From NCBI GenBank assembly GCA_001873215.1, contig MNYS01000008.1, forward strand, positions 2,657-66,656: a stretch of DNA of 64,000 nt, given 5' to 3'. The translations under genes were made by a program, and so were the position numbers. Each line of letters begins with the position of its first letter. The first letter of the stretch is position 1. This document shows positions 9,845 through 19,558 of this stretch, in pieces. The notes beneath the pieces were generated by a model. The model was not told the origin of the DNA. It searched no databases and saw only the letters and a program-made list of their open reading frames with translations. The DNA comes from Candidatus Levybacteria bacterium CG2_30_37_29 (GTDB lineage: Bacteria > Patescibacteriota > Microgenomatia > Levybacterales > GWA1-39-11).

Positions 9845-9925
9845 AAAACAATAGTAAACAAAAAAATACCACAATGCAAGTTAGCATTAATTCTTTATAA
9901 AGATAATCCTGATATAATATGGGAT

Positions 9926-10927
9926 ATGGCATTAATTGATGATGTACGAATAAAAGTTAAGGCTGGAAACGGAGGAAACGGAGCAAAATCTTTTCTTACT
10001 ATTACCGGAAATCCGAAAACATTTGCTGACGGAGGAAATGGCGGGCGGGGTGGAAGCGTCTATTTTCAAGCCTCAAATAACATTTCGGATTTAAGTCAAT
10101 TCCGTTTTACTAAAGTAGTTGCTGCAAAAAATGGTCAGAACGGAATGAAAAAAAATCTATTCGGAAAAAAAGGCGAAGACGCGCTTATTCTCGTTCCACC
10201 CGGAACTCAAATTATTAACGAATCGATAGATGAACAGACGGAAATTATAGACCTTGACGTTCCAATCCTTATAGCAAAAGGCGGAGGAGGCGGGCAGGGA
10301 AATCATAATTACAAGCCTGATGCCAGACGCTACGTTCCGCAAAATGAAGTTGGAGGGGCAGGAGAAGAAAAAGACTTACATTTGATATTAAATTTAATCG
10401 CTGATATTGGTCTTATCGGTCTTCCTAATGCAGGAAAAAGTTCGCTTTTAAAAATTCTCACAAATGCAACACCAAAAATCGGAGATTATCTTTTTACGAC
10501 ACTTGAGCCAAATCTCGGAACGGTTCCTGCCAGCCATGATTCGCAAGGCGATGCAGGCGGGGGTAAAATTATTCTTGCAGACATTCCGGGGCTTATTGAG
10601 GGAGCATCTCTTGGCAAAGGGTTAGGTGTAAAATTCCTAAAGCATATTGAGAAAACAAAAATTCTTATGCACTGTATAGACGCACAGGATGCGGATATTC
10701 TCAAAACTTACGAGACAGTACGACGTGAATTTAAAGAATATAGCCAAAAACTTCTTGAAAAAGAGGAAATTATTTTAATTACAAAAAAAGATCTTGTGAG
10801 CTCTAAAAAATTAAAAGAACAAATCACTCTTTTGAAAAAATTTAAGAGGAAAATCCAGCCCGTATCAATTTATGAAGAAACAAGCATTAACACGCTCAAG
10901 GAATTAATCGAATCTTTCAAAATGTAG
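9926..10927 (+). CDS. obg: GTPase Obg/CgtA
   Basis: Gly-rich Obg domain, GLPNAGKS, FTTLEP, DIPG, TKKD. Confidence 0.95.
   Translation: MALIDDVRIKVKAGNGGNGAKSFLTITGNPKTFADGGNGGRGGSVYFQASNNISDLSQFRFTKVVAAKNGQNGMKKNLFGKKGEDALILVPPGTQIINESIDEQTEIIDLDVPILIAKGGGGGQGNHNYKPDARRYVPQNEVGGAGEEKDLHLILNLIADIGLIGLPNAGKSSLLKILTNATPKIGDYLFTTLEPNLGTVPASHDSQGDAGGGKIILADIPGLIEGASLGKGLGVKFLKHIEKTKILMHCIDAQDADILKTYETVRREFKEYSQKLLEKEEIILITKKDLVSSKKLKEQITLLKKFKRKIQPVSIYEETSINTLKELIESFKM
10526..10561. repeat. 36-bp hairpin element in frame within obg
   Basis: CCTGCCAGC...GCAGGCGGG arms; encodes PASHDSQGDAGG between G2 and G3. Confidence 0.8.
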
Positions 10928-10957
10928 GTTTTAACCCAAAAATAGTATATTTACAAC

Positions 10958-11407
10958 ATGGAAATTATTGTCAGACCTTTAAAATTAGAAGATTACGAAC
11001 AGGTAAAAAACGTAGACATCTTAACTCAAATTCAATATTTGGGCGAAAACTGGGAAAATAATGAAAATAAGTTAATTTCTAAAAAATCCGAGTTCGAAAC
11101 TAACGCGAATACAGGTTTTTCACTTGTTGCTGAAATAAACGAAAAATTAGTAGGATTTCTTTTTGCTCACGAAACGCTCCCATTTCCGGGCACTCTACAT
11201 ATTAGACACATTGCTATATTACCAGAACACCAAGGTAAGGGAATAGGCGTTAAGCTTTACGAAAAACTTGTAGAAATTGCAAAAGCTAAAAATATACAAA
11301 GAATTGAATCATATATAAACGACGACAATCCTAATTCTCAAAAACTTCACGAAAAAGTAGGATTTAGATTAAGAAAGTGGTGGAGAGGAGAATTGAGAAT
11401 AAAATAA
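10958..11407 (+). CDS. GNAT family N-acetyltransferase
   Basis: HQGKGIG motif A; N..SQKLHEKVGF. Confidence 0.9.
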   Translation: MEIIVRPLKLEDYEQVKNVDILTQIQYLGENWENNENKLISKKSEFETNANTGFSLVAEINEKLVGFLFAHETLPFPGTLHIRHIAILPEHQGKGIGVKLYEKLVEIAKAKNIQRIESYINDDNPNSQKLHEKVGFRLRKWWRGELRIK

Positions 11408-11459
11408 CCAACGAAAAACTGCAGACCGATGCAGAAAAAATCGGAAAGTTTTAATGCTG

Positions 11460-11482
11460 TGGGCTAGGTGGGACTCGAACCC
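11460..11482 (-). pseudogene. Orphan tRNA 3' fragment (T arm plus acceptor strand)
   Basis: Reverse complement is GGGTTCGAGTCCCACCTAGCCCA. Confidence 0.7.
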
Positions 11483-11499
11483 AAACTTAATCCGCTTTC

Positions 11500-12249
11500 T
11501 TAAAAACGTTTGGTATACGTATTGTCCTGAAGCGCTTTAACTCCACTTGCCTCCATCTTCTCTCTAAGCGCAATATTACCGGCAAAAGGCTCCCTCGTTT
11601 TTAGCTTCCCAAAAAAATCTTTGTATTTAGGATTAACTATTCCCAAAACTTTCTCTGCAGAGACAAAAAGAACTTTTATGTCTCTAGCGTAAAACTCGTT
11701 CAATATCTGTCTGAATTCCGGATCATCGTTTCCAAGTAATGTCCCAAGTTTGACAAAAGTTACAACAGATCTTTCAATATGGTAATCGTTTGTGACCATT
11801 GCAATTGGCCCTTTCCAGTCGTTATCAACTGCCATCATTACCATTTCCTTAAATTCGTCACGGGTACTTCTGGATTTTTCCTGAAGAGTTATACGCTTAG
11901 GATCAACACCGTGTTTTTCCAGCTGTTGAGCATATACTTTTGCATGGGAAGTTTTCGTCTGGTTATCGATAGAATTTGTTATTATCGGCGCGTTTGGAAA
12001 AAGTTTCGCCATTTCAGCCGCCGCAAGCATTCTATATACGCCGCCTAAATAACCGTATGCATTACCATCTGCAAAATCACCATCAAAAATAGTAGTTGCC
12101 CGCAGACGCTTTACATTTCCTTCTTTGTCAACAACAGGGGCAATTCCGCCGCTCATAAGAAAAAGAATTTGGGGCTCACCTCCGATAAGCTGAACCACCT
12201 CGTTTTTGAGAAGTTCCGGTTCGGGTGTATTTTCTCGATTCTCTTTCAT
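11500..12249 (-). CDS. YdcF/DUF218-like protein
   Basis: [24 protein letters not shown] motifs; ATG 1 nt after the tRNA-Leu discriminator. Confidence 0.75.
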   Translation of the reverse strand: MKENRENTPEPELLKNEVVQLIGGEPQILFLMSGGIAPVVDKEGNVKRLRATTIFDGDFADGNAYGYLGGVYRMLAAAEMAKLFPNAPIITNSIDNQTKTSHAKVYAQQLEKHGVDPKRITLQEKSRSTRDEFKEMVMMAVDNDWKGPIAMVTNDYHIERSVVTFVKLGTLLGNDDPEFRQILNEFYARDIKVLFVSAEKVLGIVNPKYKDFFGKLKTREPFAGNIALREKMEASGVKALQDNTYTKRF

Positions 12250-12250
12250 G

Positions 12251-12333
12251 TGCCGCGGGGGAGAGTCGAACTCCCACACCCTTGCGGATAAAGGCTCTTA
12301 AGGCCTTCGTGTCTGCCATTCCACCACCGCGGC
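12251..12333 (-). tRNA. tRNA-Leu(TAA)
   Basis: GCCGCGG acceptor, AAGGC-CTTAAGA-GCCTT, long variable arm. Confidence 0.95.
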
Positions 12334-12374
12334 AAGTTTTGTATCTAGTATTGTACGAGATTGGCGACTTTATA

Positions 12375-13343
12375 TCAAGAATGTGGTGGAGGAGTGACAC
12401 CTAATGTTTTAAGCGAATAATCAAGTAATTCTGCCATTTCCTGTCTCCTATTTTGACTGTTAAGTAGTACTGCAATAATTTTATGTCCTTGGTATTCAAG
12501 GTATGTTACAAGACATAGCCCTGCTTCATCTGTATATCCTGTTTTTACACCTTTTACGCCGGGGTAGGTTGTCAGTAGGTTTGTTTCGTTAAAAAGCGAA
12601 AATTCTTTATGAGTATTTGTTGGTGGAATATAATATTCATTTGATGCAACAATTTTTGCAAAATCAGTTTTTTTAAGAGCGTAGTTTGTAATCACAAGCA
12701 GGTCGTAAGCCGTTGAATATTGATTACCGTCTCCTTCAAGACCACTTGGATTTGTAAAATGAGTATTTGAAAGTCCAAGATCTTCTGCTTTTTTATTCAT
12801 AAGAAAAACGAAATTATCTCTTCCAAAAGTACTCCCGGAAGCAATAGTTTCTGCCGCATCGTTTCCCGAATGAAGCATTAGACCATAAAGCAAATCCTCA
12901 ATAGTTAGAATCTCACCGGCCGAAAGCCCCATTGAATCCTCGCCAATTTCTGCAGCATTTTTTCCTACCTCAATAGTTTTGGTAATTTTATTGTTTTCCA
13001 AAACAACAACAGCTGTCATAATTTTTGTAAGCGAAGCTATTGGCAGATGTTCTTTAATATTTTTTTCATACAGGAGTGTATCGCTTGTAAGATCATATGA
13101 TATAGCAGAAACTGCTGTTACCGCAGGTTTTTTTGCAAAAATTTCTAAAACAGAATTAATTTTGGGTTTCCAATTTTCTGCGTTTTCAAAAACGTTTGGA
13201 ATTGATTTTGAAAGAAGTACCGGAAGAGGGGAGACGATACTAAATGTTTGTGTATGCTCGGCAATTGTTAAAATGAAAGGATATAAAAAAAACGATACGC
13301 AAAAAATAATTGTTGTAAAAAGCAAAATTGATATCTTTTTCAT
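12375..13343 (-). CDS. dacA: D-alanyl-D-alanine carboxypeptidase (peptidase S11)
   Basis: SLTK, SGN and KTG motifs. Confidence 0.9.
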   Translation of the reverse strand: MKKISILLFTTIIFCVSFFLYPFILTIAEHTQTFSIVSPLPVLLSKSIPNVFENAENWKPKINSVLEIFAKKPAVTAVSAISYDLTSDTLLYEKNIKEHLPIASLTKIMTAVVVLENNKITKTIEVGKNAAEIGEDSMGLSAGEILTIEDLLYGLMLHSGNDAAETIASGSTFGRDNFVFLMNKKAEDLGLSNTHFTNPSGLEGDGNQYSTAYDLLVITNYALKKTDFAKIVASNEYYIPPTNTHKEFSLFNETNLLTTYPGVKGVKTGYTDEAGLCLVTYLEYQGHKIIAVLLNSQNRRQEMAELLDYSLKTLGVTPPPHS

Positions 13344-13435
13344 TTTGTATTTAAACGGATAATATTTGAGTATATATCATCTTCTTTTAAAAATACCGAT
13401 TGACTAAACATATTACTTTGAGTATCATACGTCTT

Positions 13436-14032
13436 ATGTTAAAAACAACAACAAATTACGAAAAGCATTCAAATAAAAATCCTTTCCAGCAATTTTTAAT
13501 CAATAGATTTTATAAAAAATTATTTGAAATTATTAAGCCGTTGAAGCCTAATTCTGTTCTGGACGCAGGAGCAGGAGAAGGATTTACTCTTGTCAAACTT
13601 GCCAGATGCAAAATTGGAAAACGCGTCGAAGGAATCGACAATTCGGAAAGAGCCGTAAAAATTGGAAAGAAAATGTATCCCGGCCTAAATCTTATACAAG
13701 GAGATATCTACAATCTTCCGTACAAAGACAACAGCTTTGATATTGTTTTATGCACCGAAGTATTAGAACATTTAGAAGACCCGGGGAGAGCTCTTGAAGA
13801 ATTGAAGAGAGTGACAAAAAAATATATTATGCTTACAGTCCCAAATGAACCCTTTTTCAGGTTAGCAAACTTTTTTCGAGGAAAATATATTTTAAATTTC
13901 GGGAATCATCCGGAGCATATAAATCTTTGGACAAGTCATAGTTTTGAAAATTTTGTTAAATCAAAAAAGCTAAGAATTTCTTCAAAAAAATATTCATTTC
14001 CATGGACGCTTATTCTTGCAAGAAAGCAGTAG
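13436..14032 (+). CDS. Class I SAM-dependent methyltransferase
   Basis: VLDAGAGEG, FDIVLCTEVLEHL. Confidence 0.88.
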   Translation: MLKTTTNYEKHSNKNPFQQFLINRFYKKLFEIIKPLKPNSVLDAGAGEGFTLVKLARCKIGKRVEGIDNSERAVKIGKKMYPGLNLIQGDIYNLPYKDNSFDIVLCTEVLEHLEDPGRALEELKRVTKKYIMLTVPNEPFFRLANFFRGKYILNFGNHPEHINLWTSHSFENFVKSKKLRISSKKYSFPWTLILARKQ

Positions 14033-14041
14033 ATTGTGAAG

Positions 14042-14527
14042 CTAAGAGTTCTTTTGACCTCTTTTTATAAGTTTTGGAACATAAATAATTTCACGAATGA
14101 TTCCATCTTCTCCTGCAATTTCGTTTACTCCCGACATTCGTTGATATTCCGACAAATAACTTGCAAGACTTTCCTTTGCTTCTTTTAACTCTAGCTTTAT
14201 TCCTTTGAACTTTTCAAAAACGTGTGCAACGTCCGGTCTTTTCAAAATTTCATTTTTTGTAGCAGTTTTTATTCGTTGCGCTTCTTTTGCCGCAGCCGAG
14301 TGTGCCTTAAAAGTTTCATCGTTTTCAAAAATACTATCAAGCATTTCTTTCTGAATACGTACCTCTTCCGTTAATTTATCAATAGAGGAAATATTGCTTT
14401 TTATCATCCCTTCCAAATTTAGAAGAACAATAGCTTCTCCGTCTTGCGCGTTTTGAACTTTTGGTTCTTCAACAATTTCTGCATCTAATACAGTGTCTAA
14501 AGAATTTGTTTTGTCATCCACAGACAA
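14042..14527 (-). CDS. Hypothetical coiled-coil protein
   Basis: 161-aa ORF, TTG start. Confidence 0.7.
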   Translation of the reverse strand: MSVDDKTNSLDTVLDAEIVEEPKVQNAQDGEAIVLLNLEGMIKSNISSIDKLTEEVRIQKEMLDSIFENDETFKAHSAAAKEAQRIKTATKNEILKRPDVAHVFEKFKGIKLELKEAKESLASYLSEYQRMSGVNEIAGEDGIIREIIYVPKLIKRGQKNS

Positions 14528-14567
14528 TAACTATATAAAATAAAGCTTGTTAAAATCAAGAGGCAAT

Positions 14568-15236
14568 TTACTGACTTATGAAGTATTTAATTTTCGCTTT
14601 CTTTTGCAGGTCGTCTAAAAGCTTTTGGAATTGAGAATCATATTTTTGTTGTTTTAACTGTTGTTTTACTTGTTCTTTTGTGTCAGCAGGATTTGATCCT
14701 TCCGGAATACTTGCCTGGTTTTTAGAAATAAAATCATTGATTTCCGCATCTGTTATATTTACGTCTTTGGAAATCATTTTATCAACAAGTTTTTGAAGAC
14801 GAATCCTTTCTTCCAAATCTGCCCTTGTCATACCCTGCGACACTAACAATGTATCAAGTTTTTGTCCTTGTTTTGTAACCGTTTCTTCAATTTTTTTAAT
14901 TTCAGATTTAACTTCGCTGTCAGCGACTTTCAAATTTCTTTTCTGTGCTTCCTGCATAACAAGCATCTTTGAAATAATATTATTAAGAGTTTTCTTTCCG
15001 TCCGCTTTTTGTAATTCCTGATAAAAAGATAGGCTAGTTATAGGCGTTCCGTTAACAGTCGCTACAACAAAAACTCCTTTAAAATAGTAAATGAGGCCAA
15101 TAACAATAACAGCTAAAAGACCAATAATGATTTGTTTTTTGTGTCCCGCCAATCCTGAAGACTTAATATCGCGGGGTTCCGGATTTTTAACCGCTAAAGT
15201 TTTTTTTACTGTCTTTGAAGCTTTTTTTGTTGGCAT
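14568..15236 (-). CDS. SurA N-terminal/PrsA-like chaperone without PPIase domain
   Basis: TM then VATVNGTPIT...L..QEA...; ends L.KKAKIK. Confidence 0.8.
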   Translation of the reverse strand: MPTKKASKTVKKTLAVKNPEPRDIKSSGLAGHKKQIIIGLLAVIVIGLIYYFKGVFVVATVNGTPITSLSFYQELQKADGKKTLNNIISKMLVMQEAQKRNLKVADSEVKSEIKKIEETVTKQGQKLDTLLVSQGMTRADLEERIRLQKLVDKMISKDVNITDAEINDFISKNQASIPEGSNPADTKEQVKQQLKQQKYDSQFQKLLDDLQKKAKIKYFISQ

Positions 15237-15314
15237 GAAAAAATTATAACATAAATAATATTTTTTGCACAAGCAAATTTGAAGAATTACCAAGTATGGC
15301 TGTATAATACAGTG

Positions 15315-16688
15315 ATGAAGAAAATTGTGACATATACTGTCTTGTTTTATTTACGGGTATTTACAAAACTGGCAATTTTTTTAGGTAAGCCGATAATTAT
15401 TGGCGTTGCTGGTTCTGTTGGTAAATCTTCTACCAGAAATGCTTTATATGCAATTTTTAAAGATAATTCTAAAACTTTTGTAGCAGAGGGCAACTCGGAA
15501 ACCGGGATTCCGCTTGGAATCTTAGGCATAGAAACAAAAGGATTTGGATTTTTTGATTGGATTTCTTATTGTTTAAAAGCTCCTTTTAAAATTTTTAACA
15601 TACGTTCCTATAAATATTTAATTGTTGAGATGGGAATTGACGATCCGTATCCACCAAAAAACATGGAATATCTTCTTTCGATTTTAAAACCGGATATTGC
15701 AGTTTCACTAAACATAGCAGGTCCTCACTTTGAACAATTTGAAAAAACTCTTCTTGGTGCTCCTGACGCGATAAAAGACGATTCTAAAAAAAGGCTCGAC
15801 TTTATTTTGCAAAAAATGGCAGAAGAGGATACAAAAATAATTACAAAATCCAACTGCAGAATAGGAGTATACAATTCAGATGACGAAAATATAGTAAATG
15901 CTCTTTCTTCTCTTGATAAAAATTCGCAAACAAAACTTCTTTCTTTTGGAACTTCAAATAGAGCTTCTATCTGGTACAAGTCTTACTCTGTAACAAATTC
16001 AGGAACAAAATTTTCATATGTAATTTCGGATACAAAAAAAATTGTAACTCTTGATTTTCCAAATCTTTTGCTTCCCAAAGCATACAGAGAAGTCTTTGCT
16101 TCTTCGCTTCTTACTGCAATTTCAAGCGGCATAAATCTTCCAAATGCTATAAATTCTTTATTGAAAAACTTTTATTTGCCCGCCGGCAGGTCAACAATTC
16201 TTAAAGGAGTAAGAAAAACTACAATTATTGATTCTTCATATAACGCTCCAAAAAAGGCAACTCTTGAATTTCTTGCACTGTGCGAACAACTCAAAAAAAA
16301 TACAGGAAAAAAGCTTGTTTTTCTCATGGGAGACATGAGAGAGCTTGGTCAGGAATCAGAAATTGAACACAATGAAGTTGCAAATGAAATTATTAAAGCT
16401 GTTGATTTTCTATATTGCGTAGGAACTCTTACCCAAAAATATATTATGCCAATAGTGGATAAAAAAGTTAAAAGTATGTGGTTTGAAAATTATAAAAAAG
16501 CTGGAGAGTATTTGAAAGATAACATTCCTCAAAATTCACTCGTTTTGGTAAAGGGTTCTCAAAACACTATTTTTCTTGAGGAAGCAATTAAATATCTTCT
16601 GAAAGATAAAGAGGACGAAAAAAAACTATGCAGGCAAGACGATTATTGGTTAAAAATTAAAAAATTAAATTTTTCCAAGAGTTCTTAG
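15315..16688 (+). CDS. murF: UDP-MurNAc-tripeptide--D-Ala-D-Ala ligase
   Basis: GSVGKSST, VEMG, DSSYNA, GDMRELG, VKGSQ. Confidence 0.9.
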   Translation: MKKIVTYTVLFYLRVFTKLAIFLGKPIIIGVAGSVGKSSTRNALYAIFKDNSKTFVAEGNSETGIPLGILGIETKGFGFFDWISYCLKAPFKIFNIRSYKYLIVEMGIDDPYPPKNMEYLLSILKPDIAVSLNIAGPHFEQFEKTLLGAPDAIKDDSKKRLDFILQKMAEEDTKIITKSNCRIGVYNSDDENIVNALSSLDKNSQTKLLSFGTSNRASIWYKSYSVTNSGTKFSYVISDTKKIVTLDFPNLLLPKAYREVFASSLLTAISSGINLPNAINSLLKNFYLPAGRSTILKGVRKTTIIDSSYNAPKKATLEFLALCEQLKKNTGKKLVFLMGDMRELGQESEIEHNEVANEIIKAVDFLYCVGTLTQKYIMPIVDKKVKSMWFENYKKAGEYLKDNIPQNSLVLVKGSQNTIFLEEAIKYLLKDKEDEKKLCRQDDYWLKIKKLNFSKSS

Positions 16689-17888
16689 CGCAAAACTTAC
16701 TTCTTCGTGTTCGCTCCATTTTTCCTCACCATGTCCATAATTCATTGATTGTTCATGCCCTTTACCAGTAATCAAAACTATATCTTTTGATTGAGCAAGG
16801 CTTATAGCAAACCCTATTGCTTCTTTTCTGTCTTTTATTTTGTAATATACCCGTTTTCCGGAAAGCGGCTTTTCCTTATCAGCAAGATATGTAAAATCTT
16901 TCTGTATTCCAGCCTCTATTTGCTGCATTATTCTCTCAACGGGTTCTGATCTTGGATCTTCGGATGTTAAAATAATTATGTCAGAATATGTGCTCGCGGC
17001 CTTTCCCATTTCTTCCCTTTTGGAACTGTCACGTTGTCCAGCCGCTCCAAACACATGTATAATTCTTCCATTTTTTGTACCCGAAAGGGCAAAAAGCATT
17101 TTATTCAACGCATTTGGTGTATGCGCAAAATCGATAACAATAGTAAAATCCTTATCGTATACAATTTCCTGTCTTCCGACCGGAGGCTTAAATTCTTCGA
17201 TTGTTTTTTTAATAATATCCTCATCTACTCCAATTTCTTTTGAGCACGCTGCCGCTGCAAGACAATTGTAAAAATTAAATTCGCCTACAAGATTTGTTTT
17301 AAAAGGGAAAGATATTTTTGTTATGTCTGCATTTTTATTTTTCAAGGAATAAGTTATAAGCTTGGCTGAATCAAATTTTTCAGAAATAATTTCAAAGGAG
17401 GAATCATCCATATTAACAACTGCTTTTTTGGCAGCCGACAAAAGTTTTAACTTTGACTCAATGTATCTTTTCTGTGTTTTGTGGTAATCAAGGTGTTCGT
17501 GGGTAATATTTGTTAATACACCGATTTGAAAATTTATCCCATAAGTCCTATTTTGATCAAGAGCATGCGAAGTTGTTTCAATTATTGCGTATTCGCATCC
17601 ACTTTCAACGGCTTTTTGTAAATATTTTTGCAAAGAAAAAGCGGATGGAGTAGTGGTGTGAAATCCCGTCTCATAAAGCGTATCGTCAATATACGCGCCA
17701 ATCGTACTAATTAAAGCTGTTTTTTTACCGCTATTTTTCAAAATCTCATACAAAAGCGTTCCCGTAGTTGTTTTTCCGTCTGTTCCGGTAATGCCTATTA
17801 CAAAAAGTTTTTTTCCGGGATTTTTGTAATATAAACAGGCGATGGTTGCAAAAGATTTGTGACCCGTATTTTTCAATTTTCTAAACAT
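16665..17888 (-). CDS. murE: UDP-MurNAc-dipeptide--amino acid ligase
   Basis: ITGTDGKTT, ETTSH, EHLDYH, DFAHTP, EDPR, GKGHE. Confidence 0.92.
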   Translation of the reverse strand: MFRKLKNTGHKSFATIACLYYKNPGKKLFVIGITGTDGKTTTGTLLYEILKNSGKKTALISTIGAYIDDTLYETGFHTTTPSAFSLQKYLQKAVESGCEYAIIETTSHALDQNRTYGINFQIGVLTNITHEHLDYHKTQKRYIESKLKLLSAAKKAVVNMDDSSFEIISEKFDSAKLITYSLKNKNADITKISFPFKTNLVGEFNFYNCLAAAACSKEIGVDEDIIKKTIEEFKPPVGRQEIVYDKDFTIVIDFAHTPNALNKMLFALSGTKNGRIIHVFGAAGQRDSSKREEMGKAASTYSDIIILTSEDPRSEPVERIMQQIEAGIQKDFTYLADKEKPLSGKRVYYKIKDRKEAIGFAISLAQSKDIVLITGKGHEQSMNYGHGEEKWSEHEEVSFALRTLGKI

Positions 17889-18069
17889 ATGTTCTTATTA
17901 TACCTAAAAACTCAAAAAGAAGTCATTTCGCCAAAACGATAATGCATGTGTTTAGATTAAAAATTAAATATAAAGCTTCAATTTCCTCTAATAATAAAAC
18001 TTCTTTCTCTTGACAATAATTTTTTTTATGCTTAGACTCAAATTAGTACAAGAATCTGAAAGGAGGTGA

Positions 18070-18288
18070 GTGATTTTGAAAAACAATAAAATGCTTCATA
18101 TGGTCGCATATTTACTTCTTTGGGTTGGCGGACTTAACTGGGGACTTATAGGACTTTTAAATTTTGACCTTGTAAATACAGTCCTGGGAACATGGCCAAC
18201 AGCTGTAAAAGTAGTATATATCTTAGTCGGTCTTTCAGCAGTATATGTATTTGCAATGCATAAAGGAGATTGCAAAGTTTGCAAATAG
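18070..18288 (+). CDS. DUF378 family membrane protein
   Basis: VGGLNWGLIGL..FDLV...VYILVGLSA; AAGGAGGTG RBS. Confidence 0.85.
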   Translation: MILKNNKMLHMVAYLLLWVGGLNWGLIGLLNFDLVNTVLGTWPTAVKVVYILVGLSAVYVFAMHKGDCKVCK

Positions 18289-18319
18289 AGCTCTGCCTGT
18301 ATCGTGATATAATTACATA

Positions 18320-19549
18320 ATGGCGCAAGATGCACTTTATGTATTTATATTGGGACGAAACGTTGATCTCTCATGCACTGAACTTTTATGCGTATTTAGA
18401 GAAAACAACATTCCATACAAACTTATTCAAAACTCCAATGAAGTAGCGCTTGTTGAGAGTAGAAATAATTTAGATATTGAGTTTTTAAATAAAACGCTTG
18501 GAGGTACGGTGAAAATAGGCAAAGTAGTTTCAGATATACCTCTTGATTCAAATTTAAATAGCGCGTTTTCAAGTGATTTCTTACAAAAGTTTTTTTTTCA
18601 ACAAAATTCAACCAAAGTGGAATTTGGAATAAGTCTTTATGTTTGCGGAGGAAAAAATGATACTTTGTCAAAACTTCAAAGTCAACTTGACAATATAGCA
18701 AAAAGCATTAAGGAAACACTTTTGGAAAATGGAATAAAGTCGCATTACCCAAGGCTTGATAAAAGGTTTTTGTCTTCCGCGTCCGTTGGAAAAAATAAGG
18801 TTCTTGAGAATGGAGCAGAGATTTTATTGATTCTTTGTCAAGATAAAATTTTAATTGCAAAAACCCAGGCCATACAGGAATTTGAAGAATTTAGCCAAAG
18901 AGATTATGGACGACCGGTCAGAGATGTGTCATCCGGAACTATGCCTCCAAAGCTTGCCAGAATTATGATAAATCTTGCGCAAATCGAAAAAAAAGACAAA
19001 TTACTTGACCCTTTTTGCGGAAGCGGAACTATTTTACAGGAAGCTTTAATTCTTGGATACAAAAATGTTGAAGGATCAGATAATTCACAAAAAGCGGTCA
19101 CCGACTCAAAATTAAATCTTGAATGGGCAAAAGATAAATTGAATCTTGATATAAGTTCTGTAAAAATTGAAGAAGCTGATGTAAAAATCCTATCTAAATT
19201 TATAAAACCGGAATCTGTTGATACAATTGTAACAGAGCCGTATTTGGGACCTACATTACAAAAAAGAGCAGAGTATTCTGAAATCTCCCATACTCTTTCC
19301 GACTTAAAAAGTCTTTATCTGTATGCTTTTTCGGAGTTTTTTAAAATATTAAAACGTAGTGCAACAGTAATTATTGTTTTTCCGGCTTTTCCTTATTACA
19401 AAACTTCGCATTATTTGAATATAAAAGAAGAAATAGAACAGTTGGGATTTGAACAAATGCCTTTAAGTCAAACGGTGCGAAAATCAATTATCGTGGGGGA
19501 CAGAAATGATTTTGTGTTAAGGGAAATTGTGAAGTTTAAAAAAATTTAA
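18320..19549 (+). CDS. Trm11/UPF0020-like RNA methyltransferase
   Basis: MPPKLAR, LLDPFCGSGT, TEPYLG. Confidence 0.8.
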   Translation: MAQDALYVFILGRNVDLSCTELLCVFRENNIPYKLIQNSNEVALVESRNNLDIEFLNKTLGGTVKIGKVVSDIPLDSNLNSAFSSDFLQKFFFQQNSTKVEFGISLYVCGGKNDTLSKLQSQLDNIAKSIKETLLENGIKSHYPRLDKRFLSSASVGKNKVLENGAEILLILCQDKILIAKTQAIQEFEEFSQRDYGRPVRDVSSGTMPPKLARIMINLAQIEKKDKLLDPFCGSGTILQEALILGYKNVEGSDNSQKAVTDSKLNLEWAKDKLNLDISSVKIEEADVKILSKFIKPESVDTIVTEPYLGPTLQKRAEYSEISHTLSDLKSLYLYAFSEFFKILKRSATVIIVFPAFPYYKTSHYLNIKEEIEQLGFEQMPLSQTVRKSIIVGDRNDFVLREIVKFKKI

Positions 19550-19558
19550 ACCTCAACA

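Noticed and set aside
16174-16192. TTGCCCGCCGGCAGG (LPAGR) in murF resembles the palindromic element
   Set aside because: It coincides with the conserved P-x-GR motif of Mur ligases, lacks the right arm and adds no residues.
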